Virus record (IMG/VR): IMGVR_UViG_3300037419_001546
Location: 1 to 64,000 of that record
Source of the DNA: a virus
Taxonomy: Duplodnaviria > Caudoviricetes
Length of the DNA: 64,000 bases
Reading direction: 5' to 3' (one strand)
The notes beneath the pieces are model-generated. The model did not search any database and had not been told where the DNA came from. It saw only the letters and a program-made list of their open reading frames with translations. Positions 9,002-19,300 of the stretch are shown in pieces. Numbering within the stretch: position 1 is the first letter of the stretch; each line of letters begins with the position of its first letter. Position numbers and translations under genes: made by a program.

Positions 9002-9921
9002 ACAACCACCCCGAACGGGCGCGTGAACCGCCGCGGAACCCACAGCTTCACCGCGGCCCCGGGATTCGCGTTCTCGACCCTGACCGTGAACCCGGCGTCG
9101 GGATCCTCGGGGCGCAGCCGCGCACGGATCGGATACAGGATGCCGTTGCTGTTCCACCGGTTCTGCACCGGCGCCCCGTTGGCCGCTACCAACGTCCGCT
9201 CGTCCGGATCGGAATCGATCGACAAGTCCTCACCAGGGAGCAGCGGCGGGATCCACTGCTCACGCTCGGCGTCATCAGCAGCGCGGTTATACGGCGGCGT
9301 GTTCTTCGCGTAGATCTTCAGGCCGCGGGACTTGTCCGAAACCGTCCAGTCGCCGGGCGCGGTGACGAAAGCCTTCCACCAGCATTCGACGTCGCCGCGG
9401 TTCTCGATCTGCCACGTCACCTCACCCGAGGTGCCCGACTCCAGCGTCCACTCGTATTCGAGTGGGTCGGCTTCCCAGAACGGGTTCTCGCACGCCGCGC
9501 TGATCCCCAGCGTCGAGTCGTGCGTGATGTACGGGTCTTTCTTTTCGTAGTCGGCTGATGCGTAGGCGATCGGCTCGGTGAGCAGCCGCATCTTCAGCCG
9601 GCGGACACCGTAGCTGGTGTGCGCTTCGAGTTCGAATTCGTCCTCGCCAACCATGCCCAGCGCCATCCGGAACCGGCTGTCGATATCGGCCCACACCAGC
9701 GGATTCGGGTGATAGATCTGCACCGAGAACACCGGATCCCGACGCTCGAACCGCATGCCCTGATAGCTGCTGCCAGTGGAGGTTTCGAGCCAGAAGGTTT
9801 TCGCCGGCGCGTCGATGAACTTCTGCGGGCCCGGCCGCAGCAGCACGCCCTCGGTTTCGTTCGTAAGGTCCCAGCGGGAGCCGTCGCATCCGTTGAGGTA
9901 GAGGGTGAGGTACTTGCTCAT
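8998..9921 (-). CDS. Distal tail protein (Dit)-like minor tail protein
   Basis: First gene after the tape measure; LxGCDGSxW start shared with 61495-62451. Confidence 0.8.
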   Translation of the reverse strand: MSKYLTLYLNGCDGSRWDLTNETEGVLLRPGPQKFIDAPAKTFWLETSTGSSYQGMRFERRDPVFSVQIYHPNPLVWADIDSRFRMALGMVGEDEFELEAHTSYGVRRLKMRLLTEPIAYASADYEKKDPYITHDSTLGISAACENPFWEADPLEYEWTLESGTSGEVTWQIENRGDVECWWKAFVTAPGDWTVSDKSRGLKIYAKNTPPYNRAADDAEREQWIPPLLPGEDLSIDSDPDERTLVAANGAPVQNRWNSNGILYPIRARLRPEDPDAGFTVRVENANPGAAVKLWVPRRFTRPFGVVV

Positions 9922-12900
9922 CAGTAGGTCACCAGTGCTCCCTGCTCTTGGACGGCGTTCCACCGGTCCTGCTCGCGCATGAGGTGGTCGACGTCCATCA
10001 GGTGCATGTCGCCGTTGAAGTTGATGCTGCGGTCGTGCGTGGTGGCACCCCCGCTGTCGCCGCCGCGCACCGTCATGCCCTGCGGCAGCGGTGCGAGCGC
10101 GGGGATGATGCCAGCGTTGATCGCCTCCAGCAGCGGCCCGTTCGCCGCGGCCGCGTCGGCCTTCACCATGAACTCGCCGACGCTCGCGCGGATGCGGTTG
10201 CTGTCCGAGCGGGGCCCGCCGATGCCGGTGATCCACCCGCCATCCGCGTAACCGTGGCCCTGACCCCACACGCCCTCCGGCGACCCGTACCGGTTGACCG
10301 TGTACAACAGCGACGCAGCGATATTCGCCGCCGGATCCCAGATGTCGTTCGGGTACAGCGCCGACCGGTACGCGGCGAAGGTCGGGTCGATGACCTGCAT
10401 CAGTCCCTTGGACGGGGTGCCCTTCGCGGCGTTGGAGTCCGACAGGTTGATCGCCTTCGGGTTGCCGCCGGATTCGGTGTTCATCTGCGACATGCCGAGA
10501 CCGATCCAGCCGGCGGGCATACCGAGCGAGGACAGCACCGACGCGAAGGTGGGCCGCCACTGCTCGACACCGGCCGATTCCGAGTAGCTGACGTTTCCGG
10601 TGTAGTTGCCGTTGCCGGTCGCGTACGCCTGATATCCGGCCTGGCCGGTGTACAGGCCGCCCTGGCTGGCCGCCTGGTCCTCGACAGGCAGGTTCTTCGG
10701 GGTGTAGCCGGTGTTGGTGTCGTCGGCCTCGTCCGCGGCTTCCTTGTCCTGATCGGTGTAGTGCTTGACGATCGTGTTGAAGGCCTTGTTGTACGGGTTC
10801 GAACCGGCCAGTACCGAGTTCTCCAGGCCGAAGAACGACAGGATTCCGGCGCCGAGCAATCCGCCTGCGGCGGAGAGGATCCCGGGCACCGAGTACTCGT
10901 CGGGGAGTTTGTTCTTGTCGTCCTTCTCCTTCTGCGCCGCGCGCAGGGCGCGCTGGCTGGACAGGTAGTCGTTGTCGGCGCGCTGCTTCTGGTTCGGCGT
11001 CGAGTTCGGGTCCGAATACACCTGGTTGCGTTTGGTGTTCGCCTCATCGACGGATTGCTGCGCGTTCTCGATGTCGATCTGGTGCTTCGACTTGTAGGAC
11101 GGGGCGTCGACCTGCGGCAGTTCCTTCGTCGGCGTGACACCGCCGGAGGCCTTCTGCTGCTGCAGCTCGGCCACCTTCTGGTGCGCGCTGTCGACCTTCT
11201 GCTGCAGTTCCCGCTTGTCGTCGTCGGTCAGGTTCTTCTTGAACTGCAGGTCGGTGGCCTGGTCCTTCTCGGCCTTCTGCTGCGCCTGGATGGCCTGCTG
11301 CAGTTTCTGCTCGTCGTCGTTGGTCCAGCCGACCGCGCCGCCGGTGGCCATGCCTCGGACGAGGCCGGCCTTCAGTGCGGCACGGAACCGGTAGACGCCG
11401 GCCTGGCCGCCGAGCTTCTGGACGTCGGTCGTGTCGAGCATGTGCTCGCCGTCCATGGCGAGCAGCGGCACCGAGTCCACGCCGGGGATACCGCCAGAGA
11501 TCGCGCCGCCGAGCGCTTTCGGCGCCGCCGGGATCACCGCCGGAGCGCCCGGCCCGGCCACACCTGGAGTCGTCAGGAACTGGTAGGCGAGCGCCGGGTT
11601 TTGCACCGAGACGGTGACGTTCTTCGTCTCCGGCTTCGTGATGTCGGCGATGTCGGTCCGGGCCTTCGCATCGTCGAGGACGATCTTCACCGAGCCATCG
11701 GGCAGCGTATCCACGATGCGACCGAGTTCGCCGAGCTGCCGCTTCTGGTCATCAGTGGGGGTCTTGACCACCACGGTCCGGCCATCGAGAGCGGTTACGT
11801 TCTCGATGGCGATGCCCATGCCACGGAAGGCGTCCGCACCTTCTTTGGTGATGACGTTCGTGGTTCCCAACGACGCCGCGGTGCGCCGGTTGGACTCGCC
11901 CATCTTCGCCAGCTCGGAATCGACGCCGTTCAGCTGGCCGCCGAGTGTGGCCGCGCTCTCGCCGATGTCGTTGAGGTTGTTCTTCAGCTCGTGCAGGTCG
12001 GGCAGACGGTTCTCGCCCGTGTGCTTGCCAGCCGTCGCCGCGGTGAATTTGTCGACCGCCGGCTGTACACCCGCGAGAGCCGCGGCGATTTCCTCGTCGG
12101 ACAGGCCGGTCTGAGACCGGATGTCTTCCCACTGGCGATTGGGCCGGGCGCGCTGCTGCTCGACAACGATCCCCGTGAGCCGCTGGTTGATCCGATCCTT
12201 TGCTGCGGAGTCGAGCCCCGTCGCGCCGGAGACCAGATCCTGCGTGTTCACGCCGAGGGTCTGGGCGCGCTCCAGATAGCCGCCCTTCTCCAGGAACTGC
12301 GCGGTGCTCTTGCGGGTCGCCTCGGTGGCGAGACCGGACTGCTTGTCCAGGGTTTCGCCGAGGGTCTGCAGTTCCTGACGCTGCCGCGCGGCAGCGTCGG
12401 CCGCCTCCTGGTGCTTGGTCGCGAGGAATCCCAACCCGACCGTGGCGGCGCCGATCGCCAGACCCCACGGCCCGCCGAGCGCGGAACCGATCAGCGTGGA
12501 CACGCCGCCCATCGCGGAACCGAGCTTCCCGGCGCCGCCCTCGGCTGCCTCGGACGCGCCACGTTTGAAGGTGGACAGCGCGCCGCCGGCGGTCTCGATC
12601 GAGCCCTTCATGATGTCGAAGACGGGGCCGATCGTCTTGAACGCCAGGTATGCGAGGACGACGTCTTGCACCAGCTGCGGGTGCTCGCCGAGCAGTTTCG
12701 CCGCGGCCTGGAGGAACGGCATCAGCAGCGACGACCAGGTGCTACTCGCCTCGTACACGGCGTGGATCAGGCTCGGAAGCTGCTCGAGGATCGGCTCCCA
12801 TTCCTTCAGCTGGCCCTGGCCGTCGCGGAAGAACTCCGTCAGCTTCTGTTGCCCGTCAGTGGATTTCAACCACACCGCCATGCGCTCGGTGAGGTGATCG

Positions 12901-14087
12901 ACCGTGACCAGCAATCCGTCGCCATCACCCTTCGCGGCCTTCAGCACCGACGACAGCGACGAACCCAGATTGGCGAGGATCGAGCCGAGCGTCTTCACCG
13001 CGTCAACACCCTCGTGCATGTGCTGCGCGAGCTCGCCCGACTGCTGCGACTGCTGCAGATAGTGATCGAGCCGCGTGCTCAGATTGGCGAATCCCTGCCC
13101 GAATTCCGGCAGGAACTTGCTGCCCTCAGTGGTGAGGATGCGGATCGAGTCGATGATCGGGACGATCGCGCCGTTGGCCTTGTCCGCGCCCTTGGCGGTG
13201 TTGTCGAAGATCGTCGACAGCGCGCCCTGCGACTTGTCGTTGCCCAGCTCGGTGAGCGCGGTCTTGATCCCCGTGTTGAACGACCCCGCAACGCCCTTCA
13301 TGCCCTTCTCCAGGACAGGAATGTCGTTCGAGATCGTCTGCTTCAGCGGCGCCGCGACACCTTCGAACATCGCGCCCTGAACGGTCTTCTCCAGCGACTT
13401 CACCTGAGCGTCGGCGCCCCTGGTCGCCATGACGACCTCTTGCGCGCTGGAGGCCATCTGGCCATACGCCGCAGCAGCCTTCTTCGGGTCGTCGCTGAAC
13501 GCGTCCTTCATGCCCTGCAACCCGACGACCAGCGTCGAAATACCAGCGCCCGCACCGGCGAAGATCCCCGGCAGCAGCAGGCCAGCCTGCGACACCTGCT
13601 GGATCGACGTCGCCATACCGGCCAGCGCGGCCGCCGCTGCGGGCAGATTCCCGACACCGATCGCGCCAGCGTTCACCAGCGCCGACGACGGCAGCTTGCC
13701 GAGCGCGTCCTTCAAGGTGGAGGTGTCGATCTCCATCTTGGCCTTGATGTCCCGGCTGGCCTGCTTTCGGAACGCCTCGGTCTTGGCAGTCGCGGCGCCG
13801 ACATCGGCGTCGATGTTGACAGTGAGGTCGGCGCCGTAGAAGTCCCGGAAGTCCTCCATATCGGCGGAGGCGCGCGTGGTGTCGAGCTCGACACCGATAT
13901 CGAGATCCCGCTCGGCGGTATCGCGCAGTTCCTCGATATCCCGCAGTGCCTGCGCAGTATCAGCGACAACCGGGATGGCGATCTCGGCGTCCACCGCCTC
14001 TAGGTGCGCGCGCAGCTTGATGACGAAGTCGTCGAAGTTCGGGGAGATGTCGACGCTGGCCGAGCCGGCCGAGTAGTTCCTGGCCAC
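9921..14087 (-). CDS. Tape measure protein with C-terminal lytic transglycosylase (SLT) domain
   Basis: 1388 aa, Ala/Gly-rich helical; QMNTESGGNPKAIN...SKGLMQVIDPTF...IAASLLY SLT motifs. Confidence 0.92.
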   Translation of the reverse strand: MARNYSAGSASVDISPNFDDFVIKLRAHLEAVDAEIAIPVVADTAQALRDIEELRDTAERDLDIGVELDTTRASADMEDFRDFYGADLTVNIDADVGAATAKTEAFRKQASRDIKAKMEIDTSTLKDALGKLPSSALVNAGAIGVGNLPAAAAALAGMATSIQQVSQAGLLLPGIFAGAGAGISTLVVGLQGMKDAFSDDPKKAAAAYGQMASSAQEVVMATRGADAQVKSLEKTVQGAMFEGVAAPLKQTISNDIPVLEKGMKGVAGSFNTGIKTALTELGNDKSQGALSTIFDNTAKGADKANGAIVPIIDSIRILTTEGSKFLPEFGQGFANLSTRLDHYLQQSQQSGELAQHMHEGVDAVKTLGSILANLGSSLSSVLKAAKGDGDGLLVTVDHLTERMAVWLKSTDGQQKLTEFFRDGQGQLKEWEPILEQLPSLIHAVYEASSTWSSLLMPFLQAAAKLLGEHPQLVQDVVLAYLAFKTIGPVFDIMKGSIETAGGALSTFKRGASEAAEGGAGKLGSAMGGVSTLIGSALGGPWGLAIGAATVGLGFLATKHQEAADAAARQRQELQTLGETLDKQSGLATEATRKSTAQFLEKGGYLERAQTLGVNTQDLVSGATGLDSAAKDRINQRLTGIVVEQQRARPNRQWEDIRSQTGLSDEEIAAALAGVQPAVDKFTAATAGKHTGENRLPDLHELKNNLNDIGESAATLGGQLNGVDSELAKMGESNRRTAASLGTTNVITKEGADAFRGMGIAIENVTALDGRTVVVKTPTDDQKRQLGELGRIVDTLPDGSVKIVLDDAKARTDIADITKPETKNVTVSVQNPALAYQFLTTPGVAGPGAPAVIPAAPKALGGAISGGIPGVDSVPLLAMDGEHMLDTTDVQKLGGQAGVYRFRAALKAGLVRGMATGGAVGWTNDDEQKLQQAIQAQQKAEKDQATDLQFKKNLTDDDKRELQQKVDSAHQKVAELQQQKASGGVTPTKELPQVDAPSYKSKHQIDIENAQQSVDEANTKRNQVYSDPNSTPNQKQRADNDYLSSQRALRAAQKEKDDKNKLPDEYSVPGILSAAGGLLGAGILSFFGLENSVLAGSNPYNKAFNTIVKHYTDQDKEAADEADDTNTGYTPKNLPVEDQAASQGGLYTGQAGYQAYATGNGNYTGNVSYSESAGVEQWRPTFASVLSSLGMPAGWIGLGMSQMNTESGGNPKAINLSDSNAAKGTPSKGLMQVIDPTFAAYRSALYPNDIWDPAANIAASLLYTVNRYGSPEGVWGQGHGYADGGWITGIGGPRSDSNRIRASVGEFMVKADAAAANGPLLEAINAGIIPALAPLPQGMTVRGGDSGGATTHDRSINFNGDMHLMDVDHLMREQDRWNAVQEQGALVTY

Positions 14088-14545
14088 TACTCACCTCCCT
14101 CCGGTACCAGCTGGAGCACGAACGCGCGCATATCTGCGCGGCGCTTGTCCTCACGTGCCTGTTGGTGCGGATATACGGGCCGCGCTGCGGTGGGCGCAGC
14201 GGACGAATCAACGCGCAAGATGGCGTAGATCAGCTGAATGAGACGGTCTTCGATGTTGGCCAGCCGGGATTCGACCGACCCGAATCCTTCGATCGGCACC
14301 ACCGGCGCTGTGTCATCGTCTTTCCGCTCGGCGAGCAGCTCGACGATCGCCGGATCCGACAGGTACGCGGCCTGGCAGTGCGATCCGGTACGCGCACGGA
14401 ACGTGTCGAGGAATTCGAACAGGGTTCGCCAATCCCTCAGTCCGACAAGCCAATCGTCGAGATCGAGACCGAGGACTTCCTGCAGGTCCCAGCGCAGGGC
14501 TGCCCCGTAGCCGCCTACGGCGTCGACGAGGCCGGAGTACCCCCC
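14087..14545 (-). CDS. Tail assembly chaperone gpT portion (-1 frameshift fusion gpGT)
   Basis: The -1 frame from G GGG GGT reads GGYSGLVDAVGGYGAALRWDLQEVLGLDLDDWLVGLRDW... open to 14087. Confidence 0.8.
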   Translation of the reverse strand, partial: GGYSGLVDAVGGYGAALRWDLQEVLGLDLDDWLVGLRDWRTLFEFLDTFRARTGSHCQAAYLSDPAIVELLAERKDDDTAPVVPIEGFGSVESRLANIEDRLIQLIYAILRVDSSAAPTAARPVYPHQQAREDKRRADMRAFVLQLVPEGGE

Positions 14546-14973
14546 GGTACATCACCGGCGCCGGGGCCGAAAAAGTGCTCGAGGATGTGCAGATAGAAGC
14601 CGACCAGCACTCGGTCGGCGTCCGGCAGCGGCGTGAACACTGCGATGACGCGGAGGAAGTCCCGTTCGGGCAGCAGGTTCTGCAGGAACCCCACCACCTG
14701 TCCGTGTCGTGAGGTGAGCTCGAGAGTGACTCGGGTCGCCAGGTTCGTCGGCCACTCGATGACGAGCGGCGGGTCGAACCCATCCTCGGGCCCGAGCGCG
14801 AGCGGCAGCTGCGTCGCCACGGGCGTAGCGACATTCAGCCGGGAACCGCGCGCCCGATCACGCAGCGCCTCGAACGCGGCCACCCGCTGTTCGGTCACAG
14901 TCGGTTCAGCCGCGGCCGGCTTCGTCTTCTTCGCCGGCGTCTTCTTCGCGGGCGTCTTCCGTGCGGTGGTCAA
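14515..14973 (-). CDS. Tail assembly chaperone gpG
   Basis: Between major tail and tape measure genes; slippery site near its 3' end. Confidence 0.8.
   Translation of the reverse strand: MTTARKTPAKKTPAKKTKPAAAEPTVTEQRVAAFEALRDRARGSRLNVATPVATQLPLALGPEDGFDPPLVIEWPTNLATRVTLELTSRHGQVVGFLQNLLPERDFLRVIAVFTPLPDADRVLVGFYLHILEHFFGPGAGDVPGGTPASSTP
14539..14545 (-). promoter_or_regulatory. Programmed -1 ribosomal frameshift heptamer G GGG GGT
   Basis: X XXY YYZ pattern in frame with gpG; the shift joins the downstream ORF. Confidence 0.75.
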
Positions 14974-15057
14974 CGGATTCTCCTGTTTCCCTGGCGGTCC
15001 TGGCGGAAGCCGCCCCCGCGCTCCGCCAGGACGGCGCGGGGACGGCGCTCGAAGGGA

Positions 15058-15969
15058 TCAGGAGACGGTGACCGCGCAGGTGCCGTTCAGGGCGCCGAGG
15101 GTGGCCGTGATGTTGGCGGTGCCAGCCGCGACCGCGGTGACCCGGCCGGCGGCATCGACGGTGGCCTTCGAGGTCGCCGACGAGGCGTAGGTGGCCTCGG
15201 CGGTACGGTCGAAGCCGTTGTCGTCGGTAACCGTGAGACGCGCGGTCTGACCCGCCGTCAAGGCCAGGGTCGGCGGGGTCACGAGGATGGAGGACGGCGC
15301 GCTCAGAAACCCGGCATCGTCCGCGATCAGGTCGAAACCGGAACCCGCGACACCGAAGTCGTACACGCCGCCTTCGGCGCCGAAGTCGTGGTCTTCGAAG
15401 ATCGTCAGGGTGTTGCCGAGCGGCAGTTCCTTGCCGGACTGGCCGTTCATCGCGCCCCGCTTCGAGGCCGCGACCTTCGGGAACATGAAGAACGGGTACA
15501 GGTCGCCGCTGGGGTTGACGTCCCGCGCGATCAGAAGGGCCGAGTAGTAGAAGACGTTCAGCTCGCTGGTCTTGCTGACTCGGAAGCCCTTGCCCGGCTG
15601 AGCGGAGGCTGCCGCCATCTGCACGTTGTGCCAGATCGACAGGTTGATCTTGCTCCACTCCTGCGCGATGTAGTCGATGGTCATCGACTCCCCGGTGGGC
15701 ACCACGCGTCGCGCCGCCGACGAGCCATAGCCCTCGATCGGGGACGTCTGCAGGTCGGGCGCCAGGCTGACCGCGGCGGCCTTCTGGACCTCACCCGCCG
15801 TCTGCCATCCGGCCGGCAGGGTCTGGATGACGCCGGACGAATCGCAGATGTCGGTCGGCATGTAGGGCGCGCCGGGCTGCCATTCGTGCAGGAACAGAGC
15901 CCAGTCGAGCGCGGAGAAGACGAGAGAATCGTTCTTGCCCTTCAGGGCGTGATACGTGGTAGCGGGCAT
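15058..15969 (-). CDS. Major tail protein with C-terminal Ig-like domain
   Basis: Position; C-terminal ILVTPPTLALTAGQT...ATYASS..KATVDAAGRVTAV Big_2-like domain. Confidence 0.85.
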   Translation of the reverse strand: MPATTYHALKGKNDSLVFSALDWALFLHEWQPGAPYMPTDICDSSGVIQTLPAGWQTAGEVQKAAAVSLAPDLQTSPIEGYGSSAARRVVPTGESMTIDYIAQEWSKINLSIWHNVQMAAASAQPGKGFRVSKTSELNVFYYSALLIARDVNPSGDLYPFFMFPKVAASKRGAMNGQSGKELPLGNTLTIFEDHDFGAEGGVYDFGVAGSGFDLIADDAGFLSAPSSILVTPPTLALTAGQTARLTVTDDNGFDRTAEATYASSATSKATVDAAGRVTAVAAGTANITATLGALNGTCAVTVS

Positions 15970-16041
15970 TGTCCGCTCCTTTCGGCATGACGAAACGCCG
16001 CGACCCCAACCCCAGGGCGCGGTGTGAAAGTTCGAAAACGG

Positions 16042-16536
16042 TTACAATGGAAGCGATTCGCGGATGGCCGCGTAATCGGGCAGGTTCTGCGGGAGACGGC
16101 ACTCGACGTTGAAGGTGGCCGAGACCAGCCTGTGGTCCGGCTCAATTTCGGGCACCTGCTGTGGCCCGTCCATCTCCTCGATCGAGGCGACCTGGGTGAT
16201 CGAGCCGTCCTCGCGGCGCACGGGCCCGCCATGCTCGTAGGACAGCAGCATCTGCCGCAGATACTCGAGCAGCTTCCAGCTGTCGGCACGAGTCGCGGTG
16301 ATGACGCGCAGCTGCACGGCCGCCGGATCCCAGAGCCCCTCGGAGCTGAGACCACCGCGGTAGATCCATGCGACGGGCACCCCGCTGTCGACCAGTGCGA
16401 AGTGGTCGTCCAGCAGCCACGTCACCGCGACACCTTGCGGCGTGAGGAGATCCAGGTACTTCTGCACCAGATCGCACATGACCAGCTCACGGTCCGGCCA
16501 GCCGCCCTCGTACCAGTCGGGATACTGGATGCTCAC
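16042..16536 (-). CDS. Tail terminator protein
   Basis: Synteny; GGWPDRE start typical of actinophage tail terminators. Confidence 0.65.
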   Translation of the reverse strand: MSIQYPDWYEGGWPDRELVMCDLVQKYLDLLTPQGVAVTWLLDDHFALVDSGVPVAWIYRGGLSSEGLWDPAAVQLRVITATRADSWKLLEYLRQMLLSYEHGGPVRREDGSITQVASIEEMDGPQQVPEIEPDHRLVSATFNVECRLPQNLPDYAAIRESLPL

Positions 16537-16853
16537 AGCCTGCCCAATCGGTTGAGCACGGTGATCAGATCGTGCGCGCCGTGGGTTTGCTCGGTGTCGA
16601 ACTCGTGCGAGGCACCGTAACCGGCTTCCTCGCCGCCGACGGTCAGCCGAGACACCCAGCGATCCTTCTTGCGGCCACCGATGAACGTCGAGACCCGCGC
16701 CGAACGCGCCAGGCGTCCAGAGCGTTTCGCGACGATCTCACGGTAGATGGCCTGCGCGATCTCACCGCGCTCGAACATCAGCGACCGCATCTGCGGCCCC
16801 TTCGCGATCTCGGTGAGCGCCGGATTCGGATTCGCGGGAATATCGTGCTTCAC
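16533..16853 (-). CDS. Head-tail/neck protein (HK97 gp10-like slot)
   Basis: Synteny; YGASHEF motif. Confidence 0.6.
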   Translation of the reverse strand: MKHDIPANPNPALTEIAKGPQMRSLMFERGEIAQAIYREIVAKRSGRLARSARVSTFIGGRKKDRWVSRLTVGGEEAGYGASHEFDTEQTHGAHDLITVLNRLGRL

Positions 16854-17206
16854 GCGCCGACTCCCTTCAGCTTCACGATCTTGTAGCCGGGATCCCATCC
16901 CGTCATCGGGTGGATCTGGTCCCACTGCGCCGGGCCGATAGGAATCCAGATCTGCGAATCACCCTGCCGCCGAAGCCGATCGGTCGGCTCGACATCCGAG
17001 CCCTTGGGCACGGCAAGGTTGCCGCTCGTCGTCGAGGCGGTGCGGCGGTCGTCATCCCCACGCACAGATGCGCCGGACTGGGATTCGGACCAGAACACGG
17101 CCTGGTCGATCGTGTGGTGCACCGTGAGCGTCTGGTCACCGACCCGGTCCCGGGTGCCGCGCAGCACTTCCCACGTCTCGCCGTAGGTGATGCTGATCGG
17201 GTTCAC
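16850..17206 (-). CDS. Head-to-tail stopper/closure protein
   Basis: Synteny; W...G....W...HP.TGW.PG motif. Confidence 0.65.
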   Translation of the reverse strand: MNPISITYGETWEVLRGTRDRVGDQTLTVHHTIDQAVFWSESQSGASVRGDDDRRTASTTSGNLAVPKGSDVEPTDRLRRQGDSQIWIPIGPAQWDQIHPMTGWDPGYKIVKLKGVGA

Positions 17207-17601
17207 AGTCCCGGCCCGGTCATCGAGACAGCGCCGGAGACATTCACGCCGAGTAGGGACAAGATTGCGTCGCGCTCCGCGTCGTAGACGAACAGATTGC
17301 CATCAGGGTTCCGGAACGCCACCTGGGTGTTGAACGGCCCCATGGTCTGCTGCATCTGCGTAGCGCCCTCAATGCCGCCACCGGCAGCCAGAGCGCGGCG
17401 AACCATGTTGCAGGACAGGATCTTCAAACCCTCGCTCAGCTCAGTATCGTCGACCGCCAGGGTCTCGATGTCGCCGTAGGGTTTGAACCAGACCTTCAGC
17501 CACCACGCGGCATCACCGAGCAGCACTTCGGCGCGATCCTGCTCCGCCTGGGAGAGGGCGCGCCAGCGTGCACTGATGTCGGCAGGGGTGGCGAAGGCCA
17601 T
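17203..17601 (-). CDS. Head-to-tail adaptor (Gp19/Gp15/Gp42-like)
   Basis: MAFATPADI..RWR.L and TMGPF......NP.GNL motifs. Confidence 0.75.
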   Translation of the reverse strand: MAFATPADISARWRALSQAEQDRAEVLLGDAAWWLKVWFKPYGDIETLAVDDTELSEGLKILSCNMVRRALAAGGGIEGATQMQQTMGPFNTQVAFRNPDGNLFVYDAERDAILSLLGVNVSGAVSMTGPGL

Positions 17602-17603
17602 GG

Positions 17604-17975
17604 CTACTCCTCCGTCTTGCGGCCGGACTGCCGCGGTGCGGCCTTCTTCGCCGGCGTGGCCTTCTTCGCCGGTTCCGGCTCGGACTCCGGCTGCGGCTCA
17701 GGCTCCGCTTCCAGCTCGGGTTCCGGCTGCGGTTCCGCTTCCGGTTCCGGCTGGGGTTCCGGCTCGGGAGCGGGCTCCGGCTCCGGCGCGCGTTCCGGCT
17801 CGGGCTCCGGCTGCGGCTCAGGCTCCTGGCCCTGCACCACGTTGATCCGGTCGAACCGTTCCAGGAAGTCCGGATGCACCTCGACGGTGTCCCCGGCGTA
17901 CGCCAGCCGATGCCGGCCGTCCGGACGCTGATAGGTCATCAGGCCCACGCGGACGGTGCGCTTGGCCGCACTCAT
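17604..17975 (-). CDS. Small capsid-region protein with Glu-Pro repeat and basic tail
   Basis: (EP)n tract followed by [10 protein letters not shown]. Confidence 0.65.
   Translation of the reverse strand: MSAAKRTVRVGLMTYQRPDGRHRLAYAGDTVEVHPDFLERFDRINVVQGQEPEPQPEPEPERAPEPEPAPEPEPQPEPEAEPQPEPELEAEPEPQPESEPEPAKKATPAKKAAPRQSGRKTEE
17690..17830. repeat. Degenerate hexamer tandem repeat (GGCTCC/GGTTCC) encoding Glu-Pro
   Basis: Visible in the sequence. Confidence 0.8.
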
Positions 17976-18880
17976 GCCGCCAGCCCCGTCACCTTCAGCA
18001 CCGAATACGGCTGGGTGACCGCGAACACGGGCCGGATCGAGGTCTGCACCCAGGTCGACTCGGTGCTCTCGTCACGCCAGGTGACGGTGCGCAGTTCCTG
18101 CTCGAACCGCATCTGGCCGACCATGCCGGCCTCCACCGCGTACGCGGTGCCCGCCGTGACCTGGTTCGACGAGATCATCTCGACGTTGTTGTTGGCCAGC
18201 ACATCCCGCCACCGATCACCGTAGGTGGTCTGGAAGTTGGTCATCTCCTGCGGATTCACGATCCACAGGTTGTACTCGCCACCCAGCTCGAAGGTGTCGG
18301 CCTTCAGCTGCGCCTTCGCGAAGTCGGCCGCCGGCTGGATGTTGTTCGCCGTGGTGGTCAGCGTCAGCCCCGCGGCATCGGCCCACGACACACCGGTCAT
18401 CTGCACATCGGAGCCGATCGCGGTGATACTGGCATCCAGCTCGGCGATCGCCCGCCGATGCAGATCCTTGGTGATCGTGTTGCCCAGCTTCGCGCCCTCG
18501 TTCTGGATGACCGAGAGATCGTTGCGGTCGCGGGCCTCGTCGGTGATCCGGAACTTGCCACCGATCTTCTTGACCAGCGACACCTGCGGCGCCGGCCGAT
18601 CGAAGGTCACCTCGGGGAACTCGGCGCCCGGCGCGACTTCCTGCACGTTGCGAGTCGCGAACAGGTCGTTCGCCAGCAGCTGCGTGTACAGCAGCGCACC
18701 GCCCGACACCCCACCGGGAGTCGAGAAGATGCGGTTGGCGAAGAACTTCTTCAGCGCGATATCGCTGATGTAGGTGTTGATCCGCGTCGGCTGCTGAAGC
18801 ATCAGGTCGACGGTGATGTTGTTGCCGGAGACGCTGGGCGTGCCGAGCGGGTACTCCTGGCTGTACGCAGTAGGTGCCAT
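17972..18880 (-). CDS. Major capsid protein
   Basis: VAPGAEFP and [16 protein letters not shown] motifs; follows scaffold and decoration genes. Confidence 0.85.
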   Translation of the reverse strand: MAPTAYSQEYPLGTPSVSGNNITVDLMLQQPTRINTYISDIALKKFFANRIFSTPGGVSGGALLYTQLLANDLFATRNVQEVAPGAEFPEVTFDRPAPQVSLVKKIGGKFRITDEARDRNDLSVIQNEGAKLGNTITKDLHRRAIAELDASITAIGSDVQMTGVSWADAAGLTLTTTANNIQPAADFAKAQLKADTFELGGEYNLWIVNPQEMTNFQTTYGDRWRDVLANNNVEMISSNQVTAGTAYAVEAGMVGQMRFEQELRTVTWRDESTESTWVQTSIRPVFAVTQPYSVLKVTGLAA

Positions 18881-18897
18881 GGTCGGTACCTCCTATC

Positions 18898-19281
18898 TCA
18901 GGCGCCCGGCAGGGCGACGAAAATGGTGTCGCCGTTGGCGGATGCGGAACTGCAGGCCTTGCCGACGGACTTGCCGGAGGCGAGGGTGATGGCCCGGCCG
19001 GAGGCGTTGACCTCCACCTCGACGCCCGCGGTGATCGCGGCACCGGCCAGCACCTCGACGACACCGCCGCGTAGGACGGGCACCGTGGCGCCGGACACCG
19101 CGTCGTAGGCGGCGACGCCGAGTGCCTTCGCGCCCGCCGCGGCGGTGGCGCCCTTGAGCATCCCGGTGGTCGCGTCGGGCGCGGCCGAGATATCGACGAA
19201 GGTCTTGCCCGTCACGTTCCCGGTGAGCAGCACAGTGATGTCCTTGCCCGGCCGGAACAGAGGGCGGCTCTCATTTGCCAT
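18898..19281 (-). CDS. Capsid decoration/cement protein (DUF2190-like)
   Basis: LGVAAYDA..G..V.VLRGGVVEV.AGAAITAG..V. Confidence 0.7.
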   Translation of the reverse strand: MANESRPLFRPGKDITVLLTGNVTGKTFVDISAAPDATTGMLKGATAAAGAKALGVAAYDAVSGATVPVLRGGVVEVLAGAAITAGVEVEVNASGRAITLASGKSVGKACSSASANGDTIFVALPGA

Positions 19282-19300
19282 GAGCGAGCCTTCCTTTCCG

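Noticed and set aside
9948-14003. 1351-aa plus-strand ORF and many other long antisense ORFs (e.g. 7313-8677, 58364-60592, 22182-24350)
   Set aside because: Shadow frames of real minus-strand genes in high-GC DNA; Arg/Gly/Val-rich with no motifs.
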